Positions 55,319 through 64,000 of a stretch of 64,000 nt of DNA are shown one piece after another. How positions within the stretch are numbered: the stretch's first letter is position 1; each line of letters opens with the position of its first letter. Below the pieces are notes generated by a model. It was not told the DNA's origin. It worked only from the letters and a program-made list of their open reading frames with translations, and did not search any database. The DNA is taken from the NCBI GenBank assembly GCA_038222655.1, contig JBBRHM010000001.1, positions 3,350 through 67,349 of the forward strand, given 5' to 3'. Source of the DNA: Chitinophagales bacterium (GTDB taxonomy: Bacteria; Bacteroidota; Bacteroidia; Chitinophagales; Chitinophagaceae). The translations under genes were made by a program, and so were the position numbers.

Positions 55319-58300
55319 GTGAAAACAGAAAGCAACATAAAAAAAATAATTATATCGATACTATTTTTTGGGGCATGTTCTTTTGTATCTGCACAGGATA
55401 TGAAAAGAATGGATATGTCTAAAATGGAAACTACAAAAAAGGTACAGCCAACAACCTATACCTGTGTCATGCATCCGGAAATCCATGCAACCAAGCCAGG
55501 TAATTGTCCAAAATGCGGGATGAAACTGATAAAAGAAAAACCAAAAGTCGCCTCCAGGCCAGAAGCTAAAAAAATGGACGGAATGCAAATGCCGAAAGAT
55601 CCCGTTAAGGTAAAAAAGATGGATAATATGGATGGGGTGAAAATGGATGATATGCAAATTTCTTCCACTAATAATCAATCTCAGCCGGTAACGTATACAT
55701 GTCCCATGCACCCGGAGATTCATGCCAGCAAACCGGGTAATTGTCCAAAATGCGGAATGAAACTAGTTAAAGAAAAACCCAAGGCTGCCGCTCCAGAATC
55801 AAAAATGCAACAGCAGGATGGCATGCAAATGCCCATAAAAAACGATTCAAAAAAGATGGATAATATGGAAGGGATGAAGATGGACAATATGCAAGTGCCT
55901 TCCACCAATAACCCATCTCAGCCGGTAACGTATACCTGCCCCATGCACCCGGAGATTCACGCCGGTAAACCCGGCAATTGTCCAAAATGCGGAATGAAAC
56001 TGGTTAAAGAAAAACCGAAGGCTACCCCTACCGAATCAAAAATGCAACAGCATGATGGCATGCAAATGACCATGAAAAACGATTCAAAAAAGATGGATCA
56101 TATGGAAGGAATGAAACTGGATGATATGGGCCATATGGAAATGTCAAAAGCATTACTTGGACCCATAAAAACAATTTTCAACCCTACCCCTCCTCATACG
56201 GTGCGTTACGATTTATATATACGGGACACAACCGTAGTTTTTGGAAAAAAACAAAAACGGGCCATTGCCGTAAATGGAAGTATACCTATGCCCACGCTTA
56301 CTTTTACCGAAGGCGATACTGCTGAGATTTATGTACACAATGAACTGAATGAGGAAACATCCCTGCACTGGCATGGTCTTTTTCTTCCTAATAGATACGA
56401 TGGCGTACCCAATCTCACCCAAATGCCTATTAAACCTCATACAACACATCTCTATACATTCCCAATCATTCAGCACGGAACGCATTGGTACCATAGTCAT
56501 ACCGGATTACAGGAACAGATTGGCATGTATGGCGCTTTTATCATGAATAAAAGAAAGGAATGGGATATTCCCACCATCCCATTAGTAATTAGTGAATGGG
56601 CAGATATGAAGCCAGAAGAAATTCATAGAAGTCTTCATAATGCCACCGATTGGTTTGCTATACAAAAAGGAACTACCCAAAGTTATACAGAAGCTATACA
56701 AAAGGGCCAATTAAAAACCAAGCTTACCAATGAATGGAAACGGATGAATGCAATGGATGTAAGTGATGTGTTTTATGATGCATTTCTGATAAATGGCAAA
56801 AATCAAAATGAACAGCCGCAATTTAAGGCAGGCGATAAAGTAAGATTACGGATAGCAAACGGTGGAGCATCAGATTATTTCTGGTTAACCTATGCGGGTG
56901 GTAAAATAACGGTTGTAGCCAATGATGGTAATGATGTAGAACCAGTTGATGTAGACAGGCTGATTATAGCCGTATCCGAAACATATGATGTAGTGGTAAC
57001 CATTCCGGAGAACAAGCGCTATGAATTTTTGGTAACACCCGAGGACCGCACAAAATCAGCATCGCTATGGTTAGGCAGCGGGGAAAAAGTACCTGCTATA
57101 AAGTTGCCAAAACTTAAATATTTCGCCGGCATGAAGATGATGAATGAAATGATGGATATGAAAGGCAACATGATACAAATGGAAGGTATGCAAATGAGCA
57201 ACCAGGTAATGGATATGAATACGGTTATGTACCCTGAAATAACAGGACCTGAAAATGCAAAAGATATCATGAAATCAGAGCAGATGCAGGGAATGAAAAT
57301 GGCTACTCCTTCTTCAAGTAGCACCAATACAATGAAAATGGAGACTGGTAAACAGATGCAGATGAATAATGGCAGCCACAGTATGGCTGGGATGGATATG
57401 AGTGCTGATATTGCTGATATAGTAACGCTTAATTATGGGATGCTTCGTGCCCCTGACAAAACAACGCTGCCTTCCGGTCCGTTAAAAGAATTAAAATTTG
57501 ATTTAACCGGAAATATGAACCGCTACGTGTGGACATTAGATAATAAAACAGTGTCAGAGTCGGATAAGATTTTAATTAAAAAAGGTGAAAATGTAAGAAT
57601 GATCATTTTCAACAATAGTATGATGCGGCATCCTATGCACCTTCATGGCCATGACTTCAGGGTATTAAACGGACAGGGCGAAAATGCGCCGATGAAAAAT
57701 GTGATAGACATAATGCCCATGGAAAGAGATACCCTTGAATTTGCTGCTACCGAAAGTGGTGATTGGTTTTTTCACTGCCATATTTTATACCATATGATGA
57801 GTGGCATGGGCAGGATATTCAGTTATGAAAATTCGCCCCCTAACCCGGAAATACCTGACCCCAAATATGCCACGCGTATGCTCTTCAAAGATGACCGAGA
57901 AGCACACTTCATGGTAAAAGCAGGTATAGAAAGCAATGGCTTCGATGGTGAAGCCATGCTCGCAAATACACGCTGGAAATTAAGTACCATGTGGCACCTG
58001 GGGCATCAGGACATGCATGGCTATGAAAGTGAAACCATGATTGGCCGTTACCTGGGTCGTATGCAATGGTGGTTTCCCTATATAGGTTTTGATTACCATT
58101 ATAAAGTGGAAGGCGGCCCCAAAAATATATTTGGTAATGAAGAAAAAAATTGGTTAGGCCAAATGAGTAATAAAAATAATCGCAAAACACTTGTAGCCGG
58201 TGTAGCCTATACCTTACCGATGCTGATTATTGCAGATGGTCGCATAGATGGTGATGGCAAGTTCCGATTTCAGGTAAGCAGAGAAGGTATTACCCTTACC

Positions 58301-58444
58301 CCCAGAATACGTTTCAACTGGATGCTGAATACTGACAAGGAATATGCTGCGGGCTTACGGTATACGGTTACCAAATACTTTTCTCTTTCAACCCACTATG
58401 ACAGTGATATGGGACTGGGAGCCGGCATTACTATAACTTATTAA
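55319..58444 (+). CDS. Multicopper oxidase with three N-terminal HMBD/Met-rich repeats and a C-terminal barrel-like domain
   Basis: HWHG, WYHSH, HPMHLHGH, HCHILYHM copper motifs; signal peptide; amphipathic-strand tail ending in Tyr. Confidence 0.9.
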   Translation: MKTESNIKKIIISILFFGACSFVSAQDMKRMDMSKMETTKKVQPTTYTCVMHPEIHATKPGNCPKCGMKLIKEKPKVASRPEAKKMDGMQMPKDPVKVKKMDNMDGVKMDDMQISSTNNQSQPVTYTCPMHPEIHASKPGNCPKCGMKLVKEKPKAAAPESKMQQQDGMQMPIKNDSKKMDNMEGMKMDNMQVPSTNNPSQPVTYTCPMHPEIHAGKPGNCPKCGMKLVKEKPKATPTESKMQQHDGMQMTMKNDSKKMDHMEGMKLDDMGHMEMSKALLGPIKTIFNPTPPHTVRYDLYIRDTTVVFGKKQKRAIAVNGSIPMPTLTFTEGDTAEIYVHNELNEETSLHWHGLFLPNRYDGVPNLTQMPIKPHTTHLYTFPIIQHGTHWYHSHTGLQEQIGMYGAFIMNKRKEWDIPTIPLVISEWADMKPEEIHRSLHNATDWFAIQKGTTQSYTEAIQKGQLKTKLTNEWKRMNAMDVSDVFYDAFLINGKNQNEQPQFKAGDKVRLRIANGGASDYFWLTYAGGKITVVANDGNDVEPVDVDRLIIAVSETYDVVVTIPENKRYEFLVTPEDRTKSASLWLGSGEKVPAIKLPKLKYFAGMKMMNEMMDMKGNMIQMEGMQMSNQVMDMNTVMYPEITGPENAKDIMKSEQMQGMKMATPSSSSTNTMKMETGKQMQMNNGSHSMAGMDMSADIADIVTLNYGMLRAPDKTTLPSGPLKELKFDLTGNMNRYVWTLDNKTVSESDKILIKKGENVRMIIFNNSMMRHPMHLHGHDFRVLNGQGENAPMKNVIDIMPMERDTLEFAATESGDWFFHCHILYHMMSGMGRIFSYENSPPNPEIPDPKYATRMLFKDDREAHFMVKAGIESNGFDGEAMLANTRWKLSTMWHLGHQDMHGYESETMIGRYLGRMQWWFPYIGFDYHYKVEGGPKNIFGNEEKNWLGQMSNKNNRKTLVAGVAYTLPMLIIADGRIDGDGKFRFQVSREGITLTPRIRFNWMLNTDKEYAAGLRYTVTKYFSLSTHYDSDMGLGAGITITY
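55445..56129 (+). repeat. Three intragenic tandem repeats, 237-bp (79-aa) period
   Basis: CAGCC anchors at 55445, 55682, 55919; each unit is YTC.MHPEIHA.KPGNCPKCGMKL plus a Met-rich linker; third unit truncated. Confidence 0.9.
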
Positions 58445-58522
58445 AATATATTTCCCTTTACAGGAAGACCATGAAAATAAAAATCGTTAACCCCTATTTC
58501 TTAATTATTAAAATCAAAAATT

Positions 58523-58855
58523 ATGAGCCATGTGAAAAATCAGGCATTGCTTACTGCCTTACATAATTGCCAATCAGAGTGCAACCATTGTATAACAGCC
58601 TGCCTGGATGAAGCAGACATAAAAATGCTGGCAAAATGTATTAAGCTGGATATTGATTGCGCGGAAATTTGTACGCTTACTGCTGCATTAATTGCACGCG
58701 GTTCTGAACACGGCAAACATATGCTGAAAGAATGCGCCGAAGTGTGCAATGCCTGCGCAGAAGAATGCGAAAAACATGCAAAGATGGGAATGGAGCATTG
58801 CAAAGCCTGTGCAGAAGCCTGCAGGACCTGTGCCCAGTTATGCAGTGCAGCTTAA
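58523..58855 (+). CDS. Four-helix-bundle copper storage protein (Csp3/DUF326-like, cytosolic)
   Basis: Repeated CxxxC/CxxC Cys spacing, DCAEIC, no export signal. Confidence 0.85.
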   Translation: MSHVKNQALLTALHNCQSECNHCITACLDEADIKMLAKCIKLDIDCAEICTLTAALIARGSEHGKHMLKECAEVCNACAEECEKHAKMGMEHCKACAEACRTCAQLCSAA

Positions 58856-58866
58856 GCATTATTGAA

Positions 58867-58899
58867 GAAGGCAGGTAGATTACCTGTCTTCCTTTTTTT
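58867..58899 (+). terminator. Intrinsic terminator after csp
   Basis: GAAGGCAGGTA-gat-TACCTGTCTTC followed by a T run. Confidence 0.7.
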
Positions 58900-58939
58900 A
58901 GTAACCTCAACAACATTATTTACGATAAAATCAACAATT

Positions 58940-59617
58940 ATGAAAACGAACAGAATTTTTCTTCCCTTGTTTGCAGTCACAATGGTGGCTACCAGTTGCC
59001 ATAGCGACAAAACAACCATTGATATGGCAAATACCGATTCAGCAAAAATGAGAAGTATGGGAAAAGATGCGGCAGATAAAAAGATGGGAATGGATGACAT
59101 GAAAAACAATGTATCTATGGTTAGTATGTCGGCCATGATGGAGAAAATGAATGGAATGAAAATGACCGGGGATTTTGATATAGATTTCGCAGCTATGATG
59201 ATAGAACATCACCAGGGAGCCATTGATATGAGTGAAGCTGAAAGCAAGTCAGGTTCAGATGCACAAATGAAAGCCATGGCAGAGATGATGATTAGGATTC
59301 AAAAAGAAGAGCAAAATACATTAAGAGACATGATAAAAAATAACAAGCCCGTGAAAATGAATATGGGGCAGGGCGATGCATTAAGCAAAGCAATGGAGGA
59401 AATGAAAACGAAGATAGGTGCAATGCAAATGACAGGAAATACAGATAAGGATTTTGCCGTGATGATGATTCCTCACCATGAGAGTGCAGTAAGAATGGCA
59501 AAAAATGAATTGTCTTATGGCATGAAAACAGGCCTAAAACAAATGGCAAAAAAAATGATTACTGACCAAACCAAAGAAATTAATGAATTCAAAAAATGGT
59601 TGTCGGCACAGAAATAA
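58940..59617 (+). CDS. DUF305/CopM-like Met-rich lipoprotein
   Basis: Lipobox ATSC (start ATG 58940); two D.DFA.MMI.HH..A..M repeats; Q..EI. Confidence 0.85.
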   Translation: MKTNRIFLPLFAVTMVATSCHSDKTTIDMANTDSAKMRSMGKDAADKKMGMDDMKNNVSMVSMSAMMEKMNGMKMTGDFDIDFAAMMIEHHQGAIDMSEAESKSGSDAQMKAMAEMMIRIQKEEQNTLRDMIKNNKPVKMNMGQGDALSKAMEEMKTKIGAMQMTGNTDKDFAVMMIPHHESAVRMAKNELSYGMKTGLKQMAKKMITDQTKEINEFKKWLSAQK

Positions 59618-59782
59618 GCGCTTACATAAGATGATAGATTAGGTTTCCCGGTGGGAGCAAAGACGGTAAAGCCATCCAAAGCCCTTGCCTCCTTTCTTTT
59701 CTTTGCATTAAATTATTTAAACAAACGAGACACATCTAAAGCGCTCGTGTCTAAAATAATATTGACGTCAATGTTATGTAAA

Positions 59783-60826
59783 CTATAATGCAATCAGGCG
59801 CAGCTGAATATTAACAGGTGTTTGCCACACGCAAAGCACATTTTTATCATCCACTGCTTTCAATAAAGGCAGACTTCCTTTTCCGATATTACTGGCGATA
59901 CCGCTATTTTTCTTTACCATAATATTACCTTTCTCACCCCATGCATACACAGTGTTAGTCTGAATAGTTTCAATAGACCCATTACGACCTTCCCCAATTT
60001 GTGTTTCATTCATACCTGGTGAAGCCGTGTAGATTTTGCCTTCCCGCTGCCATATTGTTTCGGGAGTGCCCGCCTGATTGATTACGATACCACCACCATC
60101 CATAGGGCATCCGTTTAATTTCCAGTTGCCGTTTCCTAATTTTTCTGCCGCGCCAAATGTCTGGCCCCTATCTGATGAATGAACGAGATACATATCACGA
60201 TTTCCATTTAACCAGTTCCGAAACATCACATATACCTGGTTACCTTTCATCACCACCGATGGCTTGCAGCATTCACAAATAGTATTATCGGGAGATTCAT
60301 ACACAACCCCATTTTTACTCCAGCTTTTTCCACCATTTACTGATTTTACACCATAGAGATTTTGCCCTTTCGAATTTTTTACGCTTAGCCATATGGCATA
60401 GACATTTAATCCATCTGCACTCAGTGCCATCAAAGCTTCTTTGGCTGTCTCTGGTCTTTCATTAAGCCTCACTGGTTTGGTCCAGATTGCGCCTGATTTT
60501 TTAAAAGAGAAAATGTCACCCTTTTTTGTACAAGCCGTTACCACCAAGCCATCAGTGGTAGCCGCTATTTGCGGGCCCCGCATAGCTGTAGTGAACACGT
60601 TGGGTACAACAGCAATTAAAAGAGGCTTGGAAAATACTTTTCCGTCTTTAGAAGAAATATACATTAGGCTATCGCCCATACCATACGTAATATGGAGCAC
60701 CCCTTTACTGTCTTTTGCTATATTGGGCATCTGGCCCTTTATCATTACCGTACCATTTTCTGCAGACTGTGTATTACCGGAAAGTGTCGCCAAAATAGCG
60801 ATTATAAAAAAATGGATGAATTTCAT
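59783..60826 (-). CDS. Exported BNR/Asp-box beta-propeller-like protein
   Basis: The translation reads on the minus strand (track strand is wrong); S.NGGKSW and SSDRGQTF Asp-boxes, CECCKP, GCPMDGG; start ATG 60826. Confidence 0.75.
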   Translation of the reverse strand: MKFIHFFIIAILATLSGNTQSAENGTVMIKGQMPNIAKDSKGVLHITYGMGDSLMYISSKDGKVFSKPLLIAVVPNVFTTAMRGPQIAATTDGLVVTACTKKGDIFSFKKSGAIWTKPVRLNERPETAKEALMALSADGLNVYAIWLSVKNSKGQNLYGVKSVNGGKSWSKNGVVYESPDNTICECCKPSVVMKGNQVYVMFRNWLNGNRDMYLVHSSDRGQTFGAAEKLGNGNWKLNGCPMDGGGIVINQAGTPETIWQREGKIYTASPGMNETQIGEGRNGSIETIQTNTVYAWGEKGNIMVKKNSGIASNIGKGSLPLLKAVDDKNVLCVWQTPVNIQLRLIAL

Positions 60827-60856
60827 GATAATTTTATTTAAATGAGTGCCTGATGT

Positions 60857-60889
60857 GTTATACAATACTACACCTAACTTACATATATC
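60857..60889 (-). promoter_or_regulatory. Third copy of the tandem repeat motif
   Basis: Minus strand GATATATGTAAG-N9-GTATTGTATAAC; no correctly spaced -7 box. Confidence 0.4.
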
Positions 60890-60925
60890 TTACAACCTTC
60901 CCTTAGCTTACTATTTTATTAGCTT

Positions 60926-63382
60926 CTATAAGTTAGCCGGAATATAAATATCGAAAGTGGCACCCTTATTTATTACACCATTAGCAAGGATAAAACCATG
61001 GTGGTTCTCTATTATTTTTTTTACAATCGCCAGCCCGATACCGGTTCCACTATATGCTTCCCTGCCATGTAATCTCTGGAAAAGTTCAAATATTTTTTTA
61101 CTGTACCCTTTATCAAAGCCAATGCCATTATCTGAAACACTGATATGACAGTAAGTTTTATGATGGGAAATTATGTCTTTTGCAAAGGGTATATCATCAG
61201 TTACCATTTCACTATTGATTTGTATATGCGGTGATTGTCCGGGAATAGAAAATTTTAGTGAATTACTGATAAGATTATGCAGCAGTTGGCGGAATTGAAA
61301 AGGAATGATAGGGATATCATACATTTTACCAATTTCTATGGTTGCGCCGGCCTGTTGAAATTCTTCTGCAAAATCTGATTTTACTTCTTCCATAATTTTT
61401 CCCAGATTGACGATTTCAAACTTTCTTTCATCAATATTGGTGTGAGAATAGGCAAGTAAATCATCAATCAGTGTTTGCATACGTTCGGCCGCTTTACGCA
61501 TTCTAACAAATTGATCTTTGCCGTTATCTGAAAGATTTTCATATTCTTTCTCTAAAATACGTGAGGCAAATGTTTGAATTTTTCGAAGCGGTTCCTGTAA
61601 GTCATGGCTTGATATATAGGCGAATGATTGCAATTCTTTATTCATTTTTTCCAGATCAATATTTTTTTGCTCCAGTTGAGCCGTACGTTCCTTCACCTCT
61701 TTCTCTAACTGGTTGGTAAATATTTTCTGATCCTCTATATCTGTACTCGTGCCTACCCACATCTGGATATTGCCGTATGCATCTTTTTGCGGAATAGCGC
61801 GGCTTAACTGCCAGCGATACTCACCATCATGTCTGCGAAAACGATGCTCAAACAAAAAAGGCTCGCCGGTGGTCACTGATTTTGTCCACGCGTTAATATT
61901 TCCCTCCTTATCATCCGGATGTACAATTTGTATCCATCCATCTTTATTTATTTCTTCAATGGTTAACCCGGAAAAATCAAATACAGATTGATTAAAATAA
62001 TTCAGGTTCCCTTCGGTATCGGATGTCCAGATATGCTGTAGCATTGAATCGGCAAGCAGACGAAATTTTTGTTGGCTTTTGAAAAGAATTTGTTGCTGTA
62101 TTTGTTGGTTCTTTTCTGCTCTTTTTTGTTCAGTAATATCAGTATGTACCCCCACCCATTCACGGATGGATCCATCATCATTTAAAATAGGTCTTGCCCT
62201 GATAGAAAATTGACCCCAGCTGCCATCGGTTAATTTTATCCTATGTTCAAAAACAAATGTTTTTCGTTCCTGTACTGCTTCATTCCATGCAACAACAGTA
62301 GGTTGTGCATCATCCGGATGTACCGCATTGGCCCATCCATAACCCTGGTACTCTTCATATGTCTGGCCAGTAAGTATGGCCCATGCAGGTTGTTCCCCAG
62401 CCATTTTACCTTCCGGAGTATTGGTCCACAAAAAGCCCTTAACAGCAGCTATGGCAGCAAGGAAACGCTGCTCACTGATTTCCATTATTTTTCGTGCGCG
62501 AACTTCTTTTGAAACATCCTGTAAAGTGCCATTAAAACGATAGGCTATTTTTTGCTCAGTAAACCAGGCTCTTCCTTTGGCACGGACAAACGTTTCTTTT
62601 TTTGTAAGAGGATGTACAATCGTGTATTCCATATCGTAGTGACCACCGCTCGAAAAATTCAATGTCTTTTGGATGGCATCCACCACTTTTTCTCTGTCAT
62701 TTTGTGCAATGGCTGCTATGGCATGTTGCAGTTCAATCTCCGCTTTTGGAGGAAGACCAAACCATTCTTTAAGTCTGGCGTTAGCAGAAAATTTATTAGT
62801 GACAGGATTATAATCAAAAGTTCCCAGTTCAGTTCCTTCAATAGCAAATTCTAAGGCATCATTAATGCTGGTAAGCTCTTTAAGATATTTTACCTTATCG
62901 GTGGTTTCATTACAGGTAGCGATAACACCGGCTTTGTCACCTGCTTCATCATAAACCGGACTAAAGTTCAATGTCCAGTACACATCTTCCATAATATTAT
63001 TTTTGAAAATAGGAATTAGCAGGTCTTCATGCAAGATGGCTTCTCCCGTATCCTGCACCTGAACCAGTAAAGGTTTAATAACGTGCCATATGGCATCCAG
63101 GGTCTGTTCAGCAGGCCTTCCAGGGATAAAAGGATATTTTCCATCTTGTCCTAAACTAAGGCGAAAGGCATCGTTATAAAAGCAAATGAGTTTCGGGCCC
63201 CAGCATAAAAACGTAGGAAATTTTGAATGGAGAATAATGCTGAGTGAAGTGAGCAAGCTTTGGGGCCATGTTTCAGGTTTGCCGATAGCAGAGTTACTCC
63301 AGTCATGTGAACGGATAAGATCACCCATTTCTCCGCCGCCGGAAAGGAAATGATGCTTAAGTTGGGGTGAAGCTACTTTCAT
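60926..63382 (-). CDS. Cytoplasmic multi-PAS sensor histidine kinase
   Basis: GGGEMG N-terminus, PAS/PAC units (VHPDD twice), SHDLQEPLRKI H-box, NLISNSLKF, DNGIGF, GTGIGLA. Confidence 0.92.
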   Translation of the reverse strand: MKVASPQLKHHFLSGGGEMGDLIRSHDWSNSAIGKPETWPQSLLTSLSIILHSKFPTFLCWGPKLICFYNDAFRLSLGQDGKYPFIPGRPAEQTLDAIWHVIKPLLVQVQDTGEAILHEDLLIPIFKNNIMEDVYWTLNFSPVYDEAGDKAGVIATCNETTDKVKYLKELTSINDALEFAIEGTELGTFDYNPVTNKFSANARLKEWFGLPPKAEIELQHAIAAIAQNDREKVVDAIQKTLNFSSGGHYDMEYTIVHPLTKKETFVRAKGRAWFTEQKIAYRFNGTLQDVSKEVRARKIMEISEQRFLAAIAAVKGFLWTNTPEGKMAGEQPAWAILTGQTYEEYQGYGWANAVHPDDAQPTVVAWNEAVQERKTFVFEHRIKLTDGSWGQFSIRARPILNDDGSIREWVGVHTDITEQKRAEKNQQIQQQILFKSQQKFRLLADSMLQHIWTSDTEGNLNYFNQSVFDFSGLTIEEINKDGWIQIVHPDDKEGNINAWTKSVTTGEPFLFEHRFRRHDGEYRWQLSRAIPQKDAYGNIQMWVGTSTDIEDQKIFTNQLEKEVKERTAQLEQKNIDLEKMNKELQSFAYISSHDLQEPLRKIQTFASRILEKEYENLSDNGKDQFVRMRKAAERMQTLIDDLLAYSHTNIDERKFEIVNLGKIMEEVKSDFAEEFQQAGATIEIGKMYDIPIIPFQFRQLLHNLISNSLKFSIPGQSPHIQINSEMVTDDIPFAKDIISHHKTYCHISVSDNGIGFDKGYSKKIFELFQRLHGREAYSGTGIGLAIVKKIIENHHGFILANGVINKGATFDIYIPANL

Positions 63383-63391
63383 GAAAATTAT

Positions 63392-63838
63392 TTACGGTTG
63401 TATTACAAATGAATCCTTACCGGGTTTCGAAATATTTTTTTGAATGATCAGGGTCAAAACTTCGTGAATAGTTTTTTTGAGTTGCGAAAACTCCGCTGGT
63501 TTCCTGATGTAATAGTTTGCCCCGTTTGCATAAAGCAGGTTTACTGTATCACTATGGCAGGAAGTAGAGAAAATTACAATCGGAAGGTCTTTTAGTTTAT
63601 TATTATTTTTTATTTCAGACAAACATTCCATACCTGTTTTACGGGGCATGTTCAGGTCAAGAAAAAGAATATCGGGAAGTGTGGTTTCTTCTGTGGTAAG
63701 CAATTGCATAAGTTCTACTCCGTCATGCACAGTAAGCAGGTTAACTATAAGTGGCAATTCGTGCAAGGCTTCTGTAAAAAAAATACAATCATCCGTATCA
63801 TCATCGGCAAGTAACAGATTGTATTTTTTTATTGTCAT
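63392..63838 (-). CDS. Single-domain response regulator (CheY/Rcp1-like)
   Basis: LLADDD, PDILFLDLNMP, FSTS, GANYYIRKP. Confidence 0.92.
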   Translation of the reverse strand: MTIKKYNLLLADDDTDDCIFFTEALHELPLIVNLLTVHDGVELMQLLTTEETTLPDILFLDLNMPRKTGMECLSEIKNNNKLKDLPIVIFSTSCHSDTVNLLYANGANYYIRKPAEFSQLKKTIHEVLTLIIQKNISKPGKDSFVIQP

Positions 63839-64000
63839 CTAAATAAAATTATTACCGGTGTTGACTTAGTTTGATTTGCTATGCGAAACCAGATTCAAAA
63901 AAAGTAGCGGTTTCTCCTAATTGGTTACTCTCAATTTACATGAAATTAATAAAATAGGGTATTAATAAATAACCATAAGCAACCTACATTCCTACCAAAT

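Noticed and set aside
59645-59692. c-di-GMP-I riboswitch resemblance (GGGAGCAAAG)
   Set aside because: Lacks the upstream GGCAAA/GNRA P2 stem and lies between convergent 3' ends, not in a leader.
59783-60865. Track lists this 360-aa ORF on the + strand
   Set aside because: The given translation matches the reverse complement (checked at both ends), so it is annotated on minus with start 60826. Track entries 56213..56500 and 57909..58190 are also minus-strand, and are spurious shadows.
47006-60889. Calling the copper cluster a mobile genomic island
   Set aside because: No integrase, transposase, tRNA or flanking direct repeats seen in the window; mobility is unsupported without comparative genomes.
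1821-63842. Numerous 60-210 aa antisense or alternate-frame ORFs (e.g. 2944..3567 +, 13985..14452 +, 30074..30589 +, 53991..54365 -)
   Set aside because: They lie almost entirely within longer motif-bearing genes and show no recognisable domains.

Overview
Bacteroidota chromosome segment. The porU-porV-ispF / gldJ-murF synteny and TAnnTTTG promoters support this; Chitinophagaceae-like is my inference. (1) 1-32.5 kb, all minus strand: a large surface-polysaccharide locus that continues past the left edge. It has a UDP-HexNAc dehydrogenase, gmd/fcl, a wHTH regulator preceded by a long leader with an ops-like element, SLBB export protein, Wzz and an ABC flippase. These are followed by an unusual higher-carbon-sugar module (split transketolase, GmhA, reversed HldE, second nucleotidyltransferase, HAD-kinase fusion, 2OG-Fe(II) oxygenase, four methyltransferases, cupin, ADH) and a nonulosonic-acid module that lacks the LegC aminotransferase within the window. 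(2) 32.5-46.6 kb: housekeeping and T9SS genes (ispF, porV, porU, gldJ, murF), DUF983, an Oar-like TonB receptor with a 4x11-bp periodic operator, VIT1, and three palindromic repeat elements, one duplicated together with the 3' end of porV. (3) 47-60.9 kb: a copper-handling cluster (HMA-AraC regulator, P1B-3 ATPase, multicopper oxidase with 3 tandem metal-binding repeats and a barrel-like tail, Csp, DUF305, DUF3347, HMA and HMBD proteins). It carries a shared 21-bp-spaced direct-repeat motif, two Cys/His-rich polyproline leader-like genes and an unannotated 24-aa Cys-Cys peptide. (4) 60.9-64 kb: PAS histidine kinase and single-domain response regulator. No rRNA, tRNA, CRISPR array, integrase or transposase was seen. 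All family calls are by motif recognition; no database search was run.
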